Origin: Candidatus Stammera capleta
GTDB taxonomy: Bacteria > Pseudomonadota > Gammaproteobacteria > Enterobacterales > Enterobacteriaceae
Length of the DNA stretch: 64,000 nt
Direction: 5' to 3'
Assembly (NCBI GenBank): GCA_036689305.1
Contig: CP144787.1
Span: 7,667-71,666 of the forward strand
Within the stretch, counting starts at the first letter, position 1; every line of letters starts with the position of its first letter. The notes under the pieces were generated by a model. That model was given only the letters and a program-made list of their open reading frames with translations, was not told the DNA's origin and made no database searches. Both the position numbers and the translations under genes were made by a program. Below are positions 18,084 to 31,423 of the stretch, piece by piece.

Positions 18084-20627
18084 ATGATTATTAATTTACC
18101 TCCTTTAATACAACAATATTTACATATAAAAAGTAAATATTTGAATACATTATTATTTTTTCAAGTAGGGGATTTTTATGAATTGTTTTATGATGATGCA
18201 AAGGAAATTTCTTTTTTATTAGGTATAAAATTAACTAAAAAAAAATTTTCTAAATATGAAGATATATATATGTCTGGAATACCCATTAGTGTTTCAGAAA
18301 ATTATATTTATAAGTTGTTAAATTTAGGAAAATCTATAGCTATTTGTGAGCAAATTAATTTTAATAAGAATAATTGTGATGGAAAATTAATTAAAAGAAA
18401 GGTTGTACGCGTTATTACTCCTGGAACTGTATTGGAGGATAAGTATTTAATTAAAAATAAGGATAATGTAATTGTATGTATATGGAGAAAAAATTTCTTT
18501 TCTAATATAATAGGTTATTCTATATTAAATATTATTTCCGGTGTTTTTAATGTTTTTGAATTTTCTAGTATAAAAGAGTTAAAAATTGAATTGTTAAGGG
18601 TTAATCCTAGTGAAATTATTTGTTCTAAAAATTTTCAAAATGTTAAGTTTATTAAAAAATTTTCTTGTGTTAAATTTTTTTCTAGTTTTGAATTTAATTA
18701 TTTAAATAATTATAAATTATTATTAGATTATTTTAATTTATCTAATCTTGTTATTTTTGGAATGGAAAATAAAAAGGAAATCATTAGGTCATCAGGTTGT
18801 TTAATTAATTATTTAAAATATATTTGTCTTATTAATACATCTCATATAAATAAAATAGAATTTTTAAAACCTAAAAATAATATTTTTATAGATTTTTATA
18901 GTTTTAAAAATTTAGAGATTTTCACTTCTCTATCTAATAATAAAAAGAACACACTTATTAATGTATTAGATGGAACAGTAACATTAATGGGGAAGCGTTT
19001 ATTAAGAAGATGGCTTATGTATCCTACTACAGATATTGTTGAAATTAATAATAGACATAATATAATGGATTTAATAAAAGATATTTATTTAGATATAAAA
19101 AATTTTCTTATTAAATTATGTGATTTAGAAAGAATTCTAGGAAGAATAGCCTTTAAAAGGATTAGTTATAAAGATTTATTGTGTTTTAAAAATTGTTTAA
19201 TTTTAATTAAAAAAGTTGTATTTAATTTGTCTAAAAAGAAAAGTTTATATATTTTTAATTATATAAAATCTAAATTCAAAGAATTAGATTTTTTAATTAA
19301 TTTATTAAGTAATTCTATTTTTGATTCTATTGATAATTTTAATGAATATTATATTATGGATGGATATGATGAAAAACTTGATAGATTAAGATTAAAAAAT
19401 GATAAAAATATTATATATTTAAATAAATTATTATTGAAAGAAAAAAAAAGAACAGGAATAAAAAATTTAAAGTTAAAGTATAATAGAATATATGGTTATT
19501 ATATTCAGATAAATAGAAGTGATTTTCCTTTAATCCCAAAATATTATGTAAAATTTAGGGATTTAAAATATAGTTCTAAATTTATTTTTTCCGATCTTAA
19601 AAAATTTGAGTCTAAAACAATTTTAGTAAAACAAAAATTGTTTTTTCGCGAGAAACTTGTATTAGAAAAGATATTGAATATAATTATTAATTATTTAGAT
19701 ATTTTAAAGGTTATTAGCAATTATTTAGCGGAATTAGATGTTTTATCTAATTTTATAGAGCGTTCTTTATCTTTGAATTATAAAAAACCTCTTTTTGTAA
19801 GTAATTCTTATATTAATATTATTAATGGTAGACATCCTATAATAGAAAATATTTTATTATCAAAGTTTATTCCTAATGATTTTTCTTTCAAGAAAAATAT
19901 AAGGTTATTAGTAATTACAGGTCCTAATATGGGTGGTAAAAGTACTTATATGAGACAAATAGCTTTGATAGTTATTATGGCTTATATAGGATGTTATGTT
20001 CCTGCAGAGAAATTAGTGGTAGGGTATGTAGATAAAATTTTAACAAGAATAGGTTTTTCGGATGATATAATTTGCAATAAATCCACTTTTATGGTTGAAA
20101 TGAGTGAAACATCATATATATTAAATAATGCTACTAAATTTAGTTTGATTTTAATTGATGAATTAGGTCGTGGTACTTCTGTAAATGAAGGTATATCTTT
20201 AGCATGGGCTTGTTTAGAATATATTTTAAAGTATATTAAATCTATTACTTTATTTTCTACACATTATTTAGAATTAACTAAAATGGAGGATATTTTTGAT
20301 GGTATTGAGAATATTTATTTGGATTTTGTAGATAAAAAAAAATTTGTTTTATTGTATAAAGTAGTTTTAGGTATATGTAATAAAAATTATTCCTTTAATG
20401 TAGCTAAAAAAGCAGGTATTCCCCAAAAGGTTTTAGCGATTTCTAAAAAAAAGATAAATGAATTAATTTCTTATAAAAAAATGCAAAAAATATACAAAAA
20501 TTATAAATGTTGTAATAAAAAACATTTGTTATTAATTAATAATATTTTAAAATTAGATATAGAGAATTTATCTGTATTTAATTTAATTAAAAAAGTGAAA
20601 TTTTTAAAAAATATAGTATTAAAATAA
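18084..20627 (+). CDS. mutS: DNA mismatch repair protein MutS
   Basis: PLIQQYLHIKSKY...FFQVGDFYELFYDDAKEIS matches the E. coli MutS N-terminus. Walker A ITGPNMGGKSTYMRQ, STFMVEMSE and DELGRGTS are present. The ORF-track start at 18018 lies inside rpsI. I use the ATG at 18084, 19 nt after the rpsI stop. Confidence 0.92.
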   Translation: MIINLPPLIQQYLHIKSKYLNTLLFFQVGDFYELFYDDAKEISFLLGIKLTKKKFSKYEDIYMSGIPISVSENYIYKLLNLGKSIAICEQINFNKNNCDGKLIKRKVVRVITPGTVLEDKYLIKNKDNVIVCIWRKNFFSNIIGYSILNIISGVFNVFEFSSIKELKIELLRVNPSEIICSKNFQNVKFIKKFSCVKFFSSFEFNYLNNYKLLLDYFNLSNLVIFGMENKKEIIRSSGCLINYLKYICLINTSHINKIEFLKPKNNIFIDFYSFKNLEIFTSLSNNKKNTLINVLDGTVTLMGKRLLRRWLMYPTTDIVEINNRHNIMDLIKDIYLDIKNFLIKLCDLERILGRIAFKRISYKDLLCFKNCLILIKKVVFNLSKKKSLYIFNYIKSKFKELDFLINLLSNSIFDSIDNFNEYYIMDGYDEKLDRLRLKNDKNIIYLNKLLLKEKKRTGIKNLKLKYNRIYGYYIQINRSDFPLIPKYYVKFRDLKYSSKFIFSDLKKFESKTILVKQKLFFREKLVLEKILNIIINYLDILKVISNYLAELDVLSNFIERSLSLNYKKPLFVSNSYINIINGRHPIIENILLSKFIPNDFSFKKNIRLLVITGPNMGGKSTYMRQIALIVIMAYIGCYVPAEKLVVGYVDKILTRIGFSDDIICNKSTFMVEMSETSYILNNATKFSLILIDELGRGTSVNEGISLAWACLEYILKYIKSITLFSTHYLELTKMEDIFDGIENIYLDFVDKKKFVLLYKVVLGICNKNYSFNVAKKAGIPQKVLAISKKKINELISYKKMQKIYKNYKCCNKKHLLLINNILKLDIENLSVFNLIKKVKFLKNIVLK

Positions 20628-20658
20628 TTTTACAATATTTTTAAAAGGAAATAAATTT

Positions 20659-20994
20659 ATGTTTCATTATGAACTAGTATTTATGATTAGTCCGAAAAAT
20701 ATTTATATAAAAAATATAATTAATCATTATTTAAATTTAATTAAAGGAGAAATGGGTATAATACATAGATTAGAGGATTGGGGTTTAAAATATTTAGCTT
20801 ATGCTATAAAAAAATTTTATAAAGCTTATTATGTGTTAATGAATATAGAAATATATAAAAATAGTTTAATTAAAATTGTGGATGATTTGAAAGTTAATAA
20901 TAATATTATAAGATTTTTGATTTTAAGAAAAAAAAATGCAGAAAAAAATGTTTCTGTAATGTTATTGCAAAAATTTAATGCTGTTAATAAATAA
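20659..20994 (+). CDS. rpsF: 30S ribosomal protein S6
   Basis: MFHYELVFMISP parallels E. coli MRHYEIVFMVHP. It lies upstream of rpsR-rplI. Confidence 0.93.
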   Translation: MFHYELVFMISPKNIYIKNIINHYLNLIKGEMGIIHRLEDWGLKYLAYAIKKFYKAYYVLMNIEIYKNSLIKIVDDLKVNNNIIRFLILRKKNAEKNVSVMLLQKFNAVNK

Positions 20995-21012
20995 TTTTAA
21001 AGATATAATTAG

Positions 21013-21240
21013 GTGTTTATGATGTTAAAGTTTTATAAGAAATTTTCTAAATTAAAATCCAAAAATAATAAACATATAGATTATAAGGATTTAAATATTT
21101 TAAAAGGATATATAACTGAATGTAGTAAAATTATGCCTAGTAGGGTAACAGGTGTTTCTTCAAAATATCAAAGACAATTATCTTTAGCTATTAAATATGC
21201 TAGGTATTTATCTTTTATAACTTATACAGATGTACATTAA
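21013..21240 (+). CDS. rpsR: 30S ribosomal protein S18
   Basis: [52 protein letters not shown] is colinear with E. coli S18. The track start is a GTG at 21013. The ATGs at 21019 and 21022 are alternatives, and an AGGTG at 21011-21015 favours 21022. Confidence 0.93.
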   Translation: MFMMLKFYKKFSKLKSKNNKHIDYKDLNILKGYITECSKIMPSRVTGVSSKYQRQLSLAIKYARYLSFITYTDVH

Positions 21241-21264
21241 ATTTATAAATATTATGAGATTGAA

Positions 21265-21720
21265 ATGATTAAAATAATTCTTTTGGAGGAAGTTTTAAAT
21301 TTAGGTATTTCAGGTGATGTTACAAATGTTAAATCTGGTTATGCTAGAAATTATTTAATTCCTTATAAAAAATGTTTATATGCTACTAAATTAAATTTAA
21401 AAATTTTACAAAATAAGAAGAATTTATCTAAAGATAGTGTTATTGATAAGATAAAATATTTTAAAAAAATTTTTAAAAAGATTTCTCGTTTATCTCCATT
21501 TGTTATTAAAATGAATGCCAAAAATAATGGTAAATTATTTGGTTCTATAAAACCTAAAAATATTTCTAAAATGTTATTAAAAATTTTAAATGTTCGAATA
21601 TCTACAAAAAATATCTTTTTATCTCAAAGAGTTATTAAAAATTTAGGTTTATATAAAGTTAAAATTTCATTACATAAATCTTTAAAAGTTAAATTTTTAA
21701 TTAATATAATTTCATTGTAA
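21265..21720 (+). CDS. rplI: 50S ribosomal protein L9
   Basis: The N-terminal domain MIKIILLEEVLNLGISGDVTNVKSGYARNYLIPYKK is typical of L9. It is the last gene of the rpsF operon. Confidence 0.94.
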   Translation: MIKIILLEEVLNLGISGDVTNVKSGYARNYLIPYKKCLYATKLNLKILQNKKNLSKDSVIDKIKYFKKIFKKISRLSPFVIKMNAKNNGKLFGSIKPKNISKMLLKILNVRISTKNIFLSQRVIKNLGLYKVKISLHKSLKVKFLINIISL

Positions 21721-21756
21721 ATATTTATTTATTTTGATGTTTTTTAAATAAATATA

Positions 21757-21785
21757 TTGATTTATATATTTTTTATTGATAGAAT
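21757..21785 (+). promoter_or_regulatory. Candidate sigma-70 promoter of the rRNA operon
   Basis: TTGATT (21757-21762), an exact 17-nt spacer, then TAGAAT (21780-21785), about 150 nt upstream of 16S and upstream of the boxA element. Such matches are frequent in AT-rich DNA, so confidence is limited. Confidence 0.4.
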
Positions 21786-21808
21786 TTCTTACTATATATT
21801 TAATATTT

Positions 21809-21821
21809 TGTTCTTTTAAAA
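21809..21821 (+). promoter_or_regulatory. rrn leader boxA-like antitermination element
   Basis: TGTTCTTTTAAAA matches 10 of 13 positions of E. coli boxA (TGCTCTTTAACAA). An 18-nt block TTGTTCTTTTAAAAATTA (21808-21825) is repeated exactly in the 16S-23S spacer (23610-27), mirroring the two boxA positions in enteric rrn operons. Confidence 0.6.
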
Positions 21822-21933
21822 ATTAAGAAATTATGCGAACATTTGCGGATTAATTTATCTATTGAATTCTTATATTTTATAAGAATTTAAATATAGGTTT
21901 ATAACCTAATTTATTAGGTTGTTTATGTTTTAA

Positions 21934-23487
<1,554 letters not shown>

Positions 23488-23537
23488 TTAATTAGATATT
23501 TTTTCTGTCAAGTGTTCGCATATGTTTTTTAATTATT

Positions 23538-23609
23538 GTCTTTTTCGTCTAATGGTTAGGACATCGCTCTTTCACGGCGATAATAGGGGTTCAAATCCCC
23601 TAGAAGACG
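23538..23609 (+). tRNA. tRNA-Glu (anticodon UUC) in the 16S-23S spacer
   Basis: GTCTTTTTCGTCTAATGGTTAGGACATCGCTCTTTCACGGCGATAATAGGGGTTCAAATCCCCTAGAAGACG is colinear with E. coli gltT/U/V/W. No CCA is encoded. Confidence 0.94.
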
Positions 23610-23610
23610 T

Positions 23611-23623
23611 TGTTCTTTTAAAA
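23611..23623 (+). promoter_or_regulatory. Spacer boxA-like antitermination element
   Basis: This is a second exact copy of TGTTCTTTTAAAA, immediately after the spacer tRNA-Glu and upstream of 23S. Confidence 0.55.
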
Positions 23624-23649
23624 ATTATAGAAATATTTTTAGGTTGTGA

Positions 23650-26571
<2,922 letters not shown>

Positions 26572-26590
26572 CACAACACTAAAAATATTT

Positions 26591-26710
26591 TTCCTAGCAG
26601 TAATAGTGTGATAGTACCACCTGATTCCATTCCGAACTCAGAAGTGAAATGTCATTACGCTGATGGTAGTGTAGGTTTTTCTTATGCGAGAGTAAGAAGC
26701 TGCTAGGTAT
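26591..26710 (+). rRNA. rrf: 5S ribosomal RNA
   Basis: TTCCTAGCAGTAATAGTGTGATAGTACCACCTGATTCCATTCCGAACTCAGAAGTGAAA...GCGAGAGTAAGAAGCTGCTAGGTAT is colinear with E. coli 5S over 120 nt. Confidence 0.96.
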
Positions 26711-26726
26711 ATTAAAATGTTAGTTA

Positions 26727-26800
26727 GGTGCGGTAGTTTAGTTGGTTAGAATACCAGCCTGTCACGCTGGGGGTCACGGGTTCAAGTCCCGTCCGTACCG
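26727..26800 (+). tRNA. tRNA-Asp (anticodon GUC), distal gene of the rrn operon
   Basis: GGTGCGGTAGTTTAGTTGGTTAGAATACCAGCCTGTCACGCTGGGGGTCACGGGTTCAAGTCCCGTCCGTACCG is close to E. coli aspT/U/V. No CCA is encoded. Confidence 0.94.
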
Positions 26801-26896
26801 GTTAATTGATTTATTTTTATTATTAATAATATATATTATTTATGTATTTATTTTTATTTAGTAAATTTTTAAAATTAATAATTTTTTGTAAATATA

Positions 26897-27448
26897 ATGT
26901 CTTTTAGTAATAAAAATTTAATTTGGATTGATTTAGAAATGACTGGATTGGATCCTAAAAACAATAAAATTATTGAAATAGCTACTTTGATTACTGATAA
27001 TAATTTAAATATTCTTGCAGAAGGACCTAATTTAGTTATCTATCAAAAAAAAAAGTATTTGGATAGGATGAATAAATGGAATTTTTTAACACATAGCAGT
27101 ACTGGATTAATACAAAAAGTAAGGAAAAGTTTAATTAATGTCAAAGAAGCTGAATTAATAACTTTAAATTTTCTAAAAAAATGGATACCTAAAAAAGTAT
27201 CTCCAATATGCGGTAATACTATAGGGCAGGATAGGAGATTTTTATTTGAATATATGCCTGATTTAGAAGATTATTTTCATTATAGATATTTAGATGTTAG
27301 TACTTTAAGGGAGTTAGTAATTAGGTGGATGCCAAATATTATGTTTTTGTTTCAAAAAAAAAATAAACATACTGCATTATCAGATATTAAAGAATCTGTT
27401 AATGAGTTAATTTTTTATCGTAAATATTTTTTAAATATAAGTGTATAA
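26897..27448 (+). CDS. orn: Oligoribonuclease
   Basis: [14 protein letters not shown] (DEDDh exo motif I) and [14 protein letters not shown] (motif III). It is followed by tRNA-Gly(GCC), as orn-glyV is in E. coli. Confidence 0.93.
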   Translation: MSFSNKNLIWIDLEMTGLDPKNNKIIEIATLITDNNLNILAEGPNLVIYQKKKYLDRMNKWNFLTHSSTGLIQKVRKSLINVKEAELITLNFLKKWIPKKVSPICGNTIGQDRRFLFEYMPDLEDYFHYRYLDVSTLRELVIRWMPNIMFLFQKKNKHTALSDIKESVNELIFYRKYFLNISV

Positions 27449-27467
27449 ATAATATAAAAAATTATAT

Positions 27468-27540
27468 GCGGAAATAGCTCAGTTGGTAGAGCGTAACCTT
27501 GCCAAGGTTAAGGTCGCGAGTTCAAGTCTCGTTTTCCGCT
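27468..27540 (+). tRNA. glyV: tRNA-Gly (anticodon GCC)
   Basis: GCGGAAATAGCTCAGTTGGTAGAGCGTAACCTTGCCAAGGTTAAGGTCGCGAGTTCAAGTCTCGTTTTCCGCT is colinear with E. coli glyV/X/Y. No CCA is encoded. Confidence 0.94.
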
Positions 27541-27674
27541 TGATATTTTTTATAATATACAATTTCTATGTTTTGTAAAATTTTTAAATTAAAAGTAAAT
27601 ATTAATTTATTATAAATTTTATTTTTTTTATAATTATTTAATTATTTTTAAAAAAAAATTTATTAAGGAATAAT

Positions 27675-28790
27675 ATGAAGTTTTATTTGAATTGTTTATT
27701 TTTTTTTTTTATATGTTTTTTTGTTTTTAGTTTTAGTATTTCTAATAATTTACAAAAAAAAAAGTTTTTTTATTTCAGAAATAATGAAATTTTATATGTA
27801 TTTTCTTTTTATAATAAATATAAATTTAAATATAATTATTTTTATATTAAGAAAAATAAAATAAAATTTATTGTTTATAATAATACTAATTTTGTATTTC
27901 TTTTAAATAAAAATAATTTAAATAATTCAGTTATTTTAAATATTGAAGATCGTAAAGGAAAAAAAATTTTTTATTTTTATTCTACTTATAAATTAAATGT
28001 TAATTATGTTAAGTTAATTAAAAAAATAAATAAATATTTTTTGTATATTTCATTAAAAATAAAATATTTTAAAATTAATAAAAGTAATTATATAAAAAAA
28101 AATATTAATAATAGAAATAAATTTAAAAAAATATTAAATGTTAAAAATAATAAAATTAATATTGCTATAGACCCAGGTCATGGTGGTTATGATCCAGGCG
28201 CTATAAATTATAGAAATGGTATTAAAGAAAAAGATATTAATTTATCTATTTCTATAAAATTACTAAATAAATTAAATTTAAATAAAAAAATTCATGCTTT
28301 CTTAATAAGAAAAAGAGATAGTTTTGTTTCATTAAAAAGACGTTTTTATTTAATTAATAATAGTAATGCTGATATAGTTTTATCTATACATACTGATTCT
28401 ACTTTAAATAATAAAATTTATGGTGCTTCTGTTTGGATTTTTAATAAAGACAATTATGTAAATAAATTTAATAATAAATTTAATTTTTTATTTAAATCAA
28501 GATTCAAAAATAATTTTTTTTTGAATAAAAAAAATTATGTTAGTTATAGTATTGCAGTTGAATTAATTAATAAATTATGTATAAATATTAATTTAAGAAA
28601 AAATATTCCTCAATTTAATAATTTAATTGTTTTATCTTCTAATATTCCTTCAGTTTTAATAGAAACTGGTTATATAAGTAATCCTTGTGAGGTAAAAAAA
28701 TTAAGTAGTGATTTTTATCAATTTAAAGTAGTTCAATCTATTTATTTAGGTATTATTTCTTTTATTAATAAATATAAACTAATATCTTAA
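27675..28790 (+). CDS. amiB: N-acetylmuramoyl-L-alanine amidase (AmiB-type)
   Basis: It has an N-terminal signal-like hydrophobic segment. The Amidase_3 catalytic domain is present (IAIDPGHGGYDPGA, LSIHTDS, VLIETGYISNP). Its position directly upstream of mutL-miaA matches the E. coli amiB-mutL-miaA order. Confidence 0.85.
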   Translation: MKFYLNCLFFFFICFFVFSFSISNNLQKKKFFYFRNNEILYVFSFYNKYKFKYNYFYIKKNKIKFIVYNNTNFVFLLNKNNLNNSVILNIEDRKGKKIFYFYSTYKLNVNYVKLIKKINKYFLYISLKIKYFKINKSNYIKKNINNRNKFKKILNVKNNKINIAIDPGHGGYDPGAINYRNGIKEKDINLSISIKLLNKLNLNKKIHAFLIRKRDSFVSLKRRFYLINNSNADIVLSIHTDSTLNNKIYGASVWIFNKDNYVNKFNNKFNFLFKSRFKNNFFLNKKNYVSYSIAVELINKLCININLRKNIPQFNNLIVLSSNIPSVLIETGYISNPCEVKKLSSDFYQFKVVQSIYLGIISFINKYKLIS

Positions 28791-28799
28791 ATATTATTT

Positions 28800-30452
28800 A
28801 TGAATTTAATTAAAGTATTATCTGAAAAAATTATACGCAAAATATCTGTTGGTGAATTTTTAAATTGTCCTTCTTTAGTTTTAAAAGAATTATTAGAAAA
28901 TAGTATAGATGCTAGTTCTAATATTATAAAAATAAATATAATAAATAATGGTTTAAGTTTAATTAATGTAGTGGATAATGGTATAGGAATAAAAAAAAGT
29001 GACTTATATAAGTCAGTACAAAGAAATACTACTAGTAAAATTTATCGTTTGAAAGATTTAAATTGTATTAATACTTTTGGATTTCGTGGTAAAGCATTGT
29101 CTGGTATAAGTTATATTTCTTATTTTAGTATAACTTCGAAGTTTTTGAGGAATAAAAATTATGGTTGGTTTTTACATAATACTAAAAAAGATACAACTTA
29201 TTTTAAAAAAATAAAACCAATGCCCTTTTTTTTTAAAAGTGGCACTTCAGTAGAAGTAAAGGATTTATTTTTTAATTTTCATTTTAAAAGGCAGATTTTA
29301 AATAAATTTTATTATAAATATGGTTTTTTATTAAAAAAAATTATTTCTCTTTTTGTGTTATCAAATTTAAATATTAATTTTGATATATATAATAATAATT
29401 GTTTATATAAGAAATATATATTTATTAAAAATAAAAATAAAAATTTTCAGAATCGTATTATTGATATATATGGTAAAAAATTTTTTTCTATATTAAATAA
29501 TATATTAATAAAACATGAAATTTTATATTTAGAGGGTTGTTATTCTTTTACAAAGAAATTTAAGTTGGTGAGAATAATTTTTATTAATAAACGTATTATA
29601 TCTAATAGAAATATATTGTATAATTTTATAAATAATTTTTTTTTAGATATTTGCAAAAAAAATAATTTTTCTTATATATTGTATTTCTATTTAAAACCTA
29701 ATTTAATTAATGTTAATTTAGATCCTAGAAAATTTAGAATAGAAATATTTAATTCTATTGAGTTTTTAAAAATATTATATAATTTACTATATATTTTTTT
29801 TAAAAAAGATATTATTTCATTGGGTAGATTAAAAATACATAATATTTATAGAAATAATTTTTTAGTTAAAAAAAATTTGTATATAGGTAATTATTATCTT
29901 TTTTTTTTAAAAAAATTTGGAATTATAAATAATTTTAATAAACGTTATTTATATACTGTTAATAAAAATTATTTATTTTATATTGATGTATTTTATATAT
30001 ATTATTTTTACAACAAGATTTGTTTATTAAATAAATTTAATTATGATTTAATAGTTATTAAAAGAAATATTAATAAAATAGTTTTTTCCTATAAAAGAAA
30101 AATATTAAATTTTAAAATCATTTCTTTATTATGTAATTTGGGATTTAAGATTTATTATTTTAATAAGTTTTTATTTATTAAAAATATTCCATATTTATTT
30201 AATATGGATAATGTAAATTATTTTTTTTTAAATATATTAAATTTACCTCAGAAGAAAGGGGTTTCTATAAGAAAATACATTTTATATTGGTTATCTTATT
30301 ATACTATATATCATACTAAAGGTTTAACGGTTAATCAATTAGTAATTTTATTATGTAATTTTTATAAGTTTATAATGTATTATAATTTAAAAATTAATAA
30401 AAAGATTATAAAAATTATTGATATAAATAAAGTTTATTTTTTTGATTTTTAA
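28800..30452 (+). CDS. mutL: DNA mismatch repair protein MutL
   Basis: GHKL ATPase motifs are present (VGEFLNCPSLVLKELLENSIDA, VVDNGIGIKKSDL, TFGFRGKALSGIS). The C-terminal half is extremely diverged (Phe/Tyr/Asn/Lys-rich). It sits in the amiB-mutL-miaA synteny. Confidence 0.88.
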   Translation: MNLIKVLSEKIIRKISVGEFLNCPSLVLKELLENSIDASSNIIKINIINNGLSLINVVDNGIGIKKSDLYKSVQRNTTSKIYRLKDLNCINTFGFRGKALSGISYISYFSITSKFLRNKNYGWFLHNTKKDTTYFKKIKPMPFFFKSGTSVEVKDLFFNFHFKRQILNKFYYKYGFLLKKIISLFVLSNLNINFDIYNNNCLYKKYIFIKNKNKNFQNRIIDIYGKKFFSILNNILIKHEILYLEGCYSFTKKFKLVRIIFINKRIISNRNILYNFINNFFLDICKKNNFSYILYFYLKPNLINVNLDPRKFRIEIFNSIEFLKILYNLLYIFFKKDIISLGRLKIHNIYRNNFLVKKNLYIGNYYLFFLKKFGIINNFNKRYLYTVNKNYLFYIDVFYIYYFYNKICLLNKFNYDLIVIKRNINKIVFSYKRKILNFKIISLLCNLGFKIYYFNKFLFIKNIPYLFNMDNVNYFFLNILNLPQKKGVSIRKYILYWLSYYTIYHTKGLTVNQLVILLCNFYKFIMYYNLKINKKIIKIIDINKVYFFDF

Positions 30453-30460
30453 ATTAAATT

Positions 30461-31399
30461 ATGAAAAAAGAGATTTCTAAAATTTTTTGTATTTTAGGCC
30501 CTACTAATATAGGTAAGAGTTTTATTTCTATGGAATTAAGTAATTTTTTTCCTTTAGAAATTATAAGTGTGGATTCAGGTTTAATATATAGATATATGAA
30601 TATAGGTACAGATAAACCATCTAAAGAACAACTTAATAAAGTTCCTCATAAACTAATAGATATTTTAGATCCTAAAGAATGTTATTCTGTTAGTAATTTT
30701 TTTTTAGATGTAAAAAGAGAAGTAAATTTAATTTTAAATATAAATAGAAATATACCTTTATTAGTTGGTGGAAATATGATGTATTATAATGTATTATTTA
30801 ATGGTTTATTTGAATTACCTGAATCTAATAATAAAATGCGTATTTATATTAAAATGATTAATAATTTTTATGGATCTCGTTATTTATATAATATTTTAAA
30901 TGAAATTGATTTTAATTATGCTAAATTACTTCATTATAGTGATACGTATCGTATAATGAGGGCTTTAGAGGTTTTTGGAATTTCTGGAAAAAAAATTTCT
31001 ATTTTAAAAAGGAGTAAGAAAAAATTAAATTTTAATATAATTAAGTTTGTTATTTTACCTAAAAATAAAAATATATTAATTAATTCAATTAATAATAGAT
31101 TTATAAGAATGTTAAAAAATGGTTTAGAAGAAGAAGTATATAATTTATATACTAGAGGTGATTTAAATATAAATATGCCATCTATAAAATGTATAGGTTA
31201 TAAACAAATGTGGTTATATTTTCAAAATAAAATATCATATTTAGATATGATTAATTCAAGCATTGGAAGTACAATATGTTTAATGAAAAAACAATTTACT
31301 TGGATTAATAAAATAAATAATTCTTATTTTATTTATCTAGATAGTTATAAAAGTTGTGTAAATAAAATTGTTAATTTAATAAAAAAAAATCTTTATTGA
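30461..31399 (+). CDS. miaA: tRNA dimethylallyltransferase
   Basis: P-loop ILGPTNIGKS, then ISVDSGLIYRYMNIGTDKPS and PHKLIDILDP, colinear with E. coli MiaA. Confidence 0.92.
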   Translation: MKKEISKIFCILGPTNIGKSFISMELSNFFPLEIISVDSGLIYRYMNIGTDKPSKEQLNKVPHKLIDILDPKECYSVSNFFLDVKREVNLILNINRNIPLLVGGNMMYYNVLFNGLFELPESNNKMRIYIKMINNFYGSRYLYNILNEIDFNYAKLLHYSDTYRIMRALEVFGISGKKISILKRSKKKLNFNIIKFVILPKNKNILINSINNRFIRMLKNGLEEEVYNLYTRGDLNINMPSIKCIGYKQMWLYFQNKISYLDMINSSIGSTICLMKKQFTWINKINNSYFIYLDSYKSCVNKIVNLIKKNLY

Positions 31400-31423
31400 T
31401 AATGAAAAAATTTTAAATAAATT

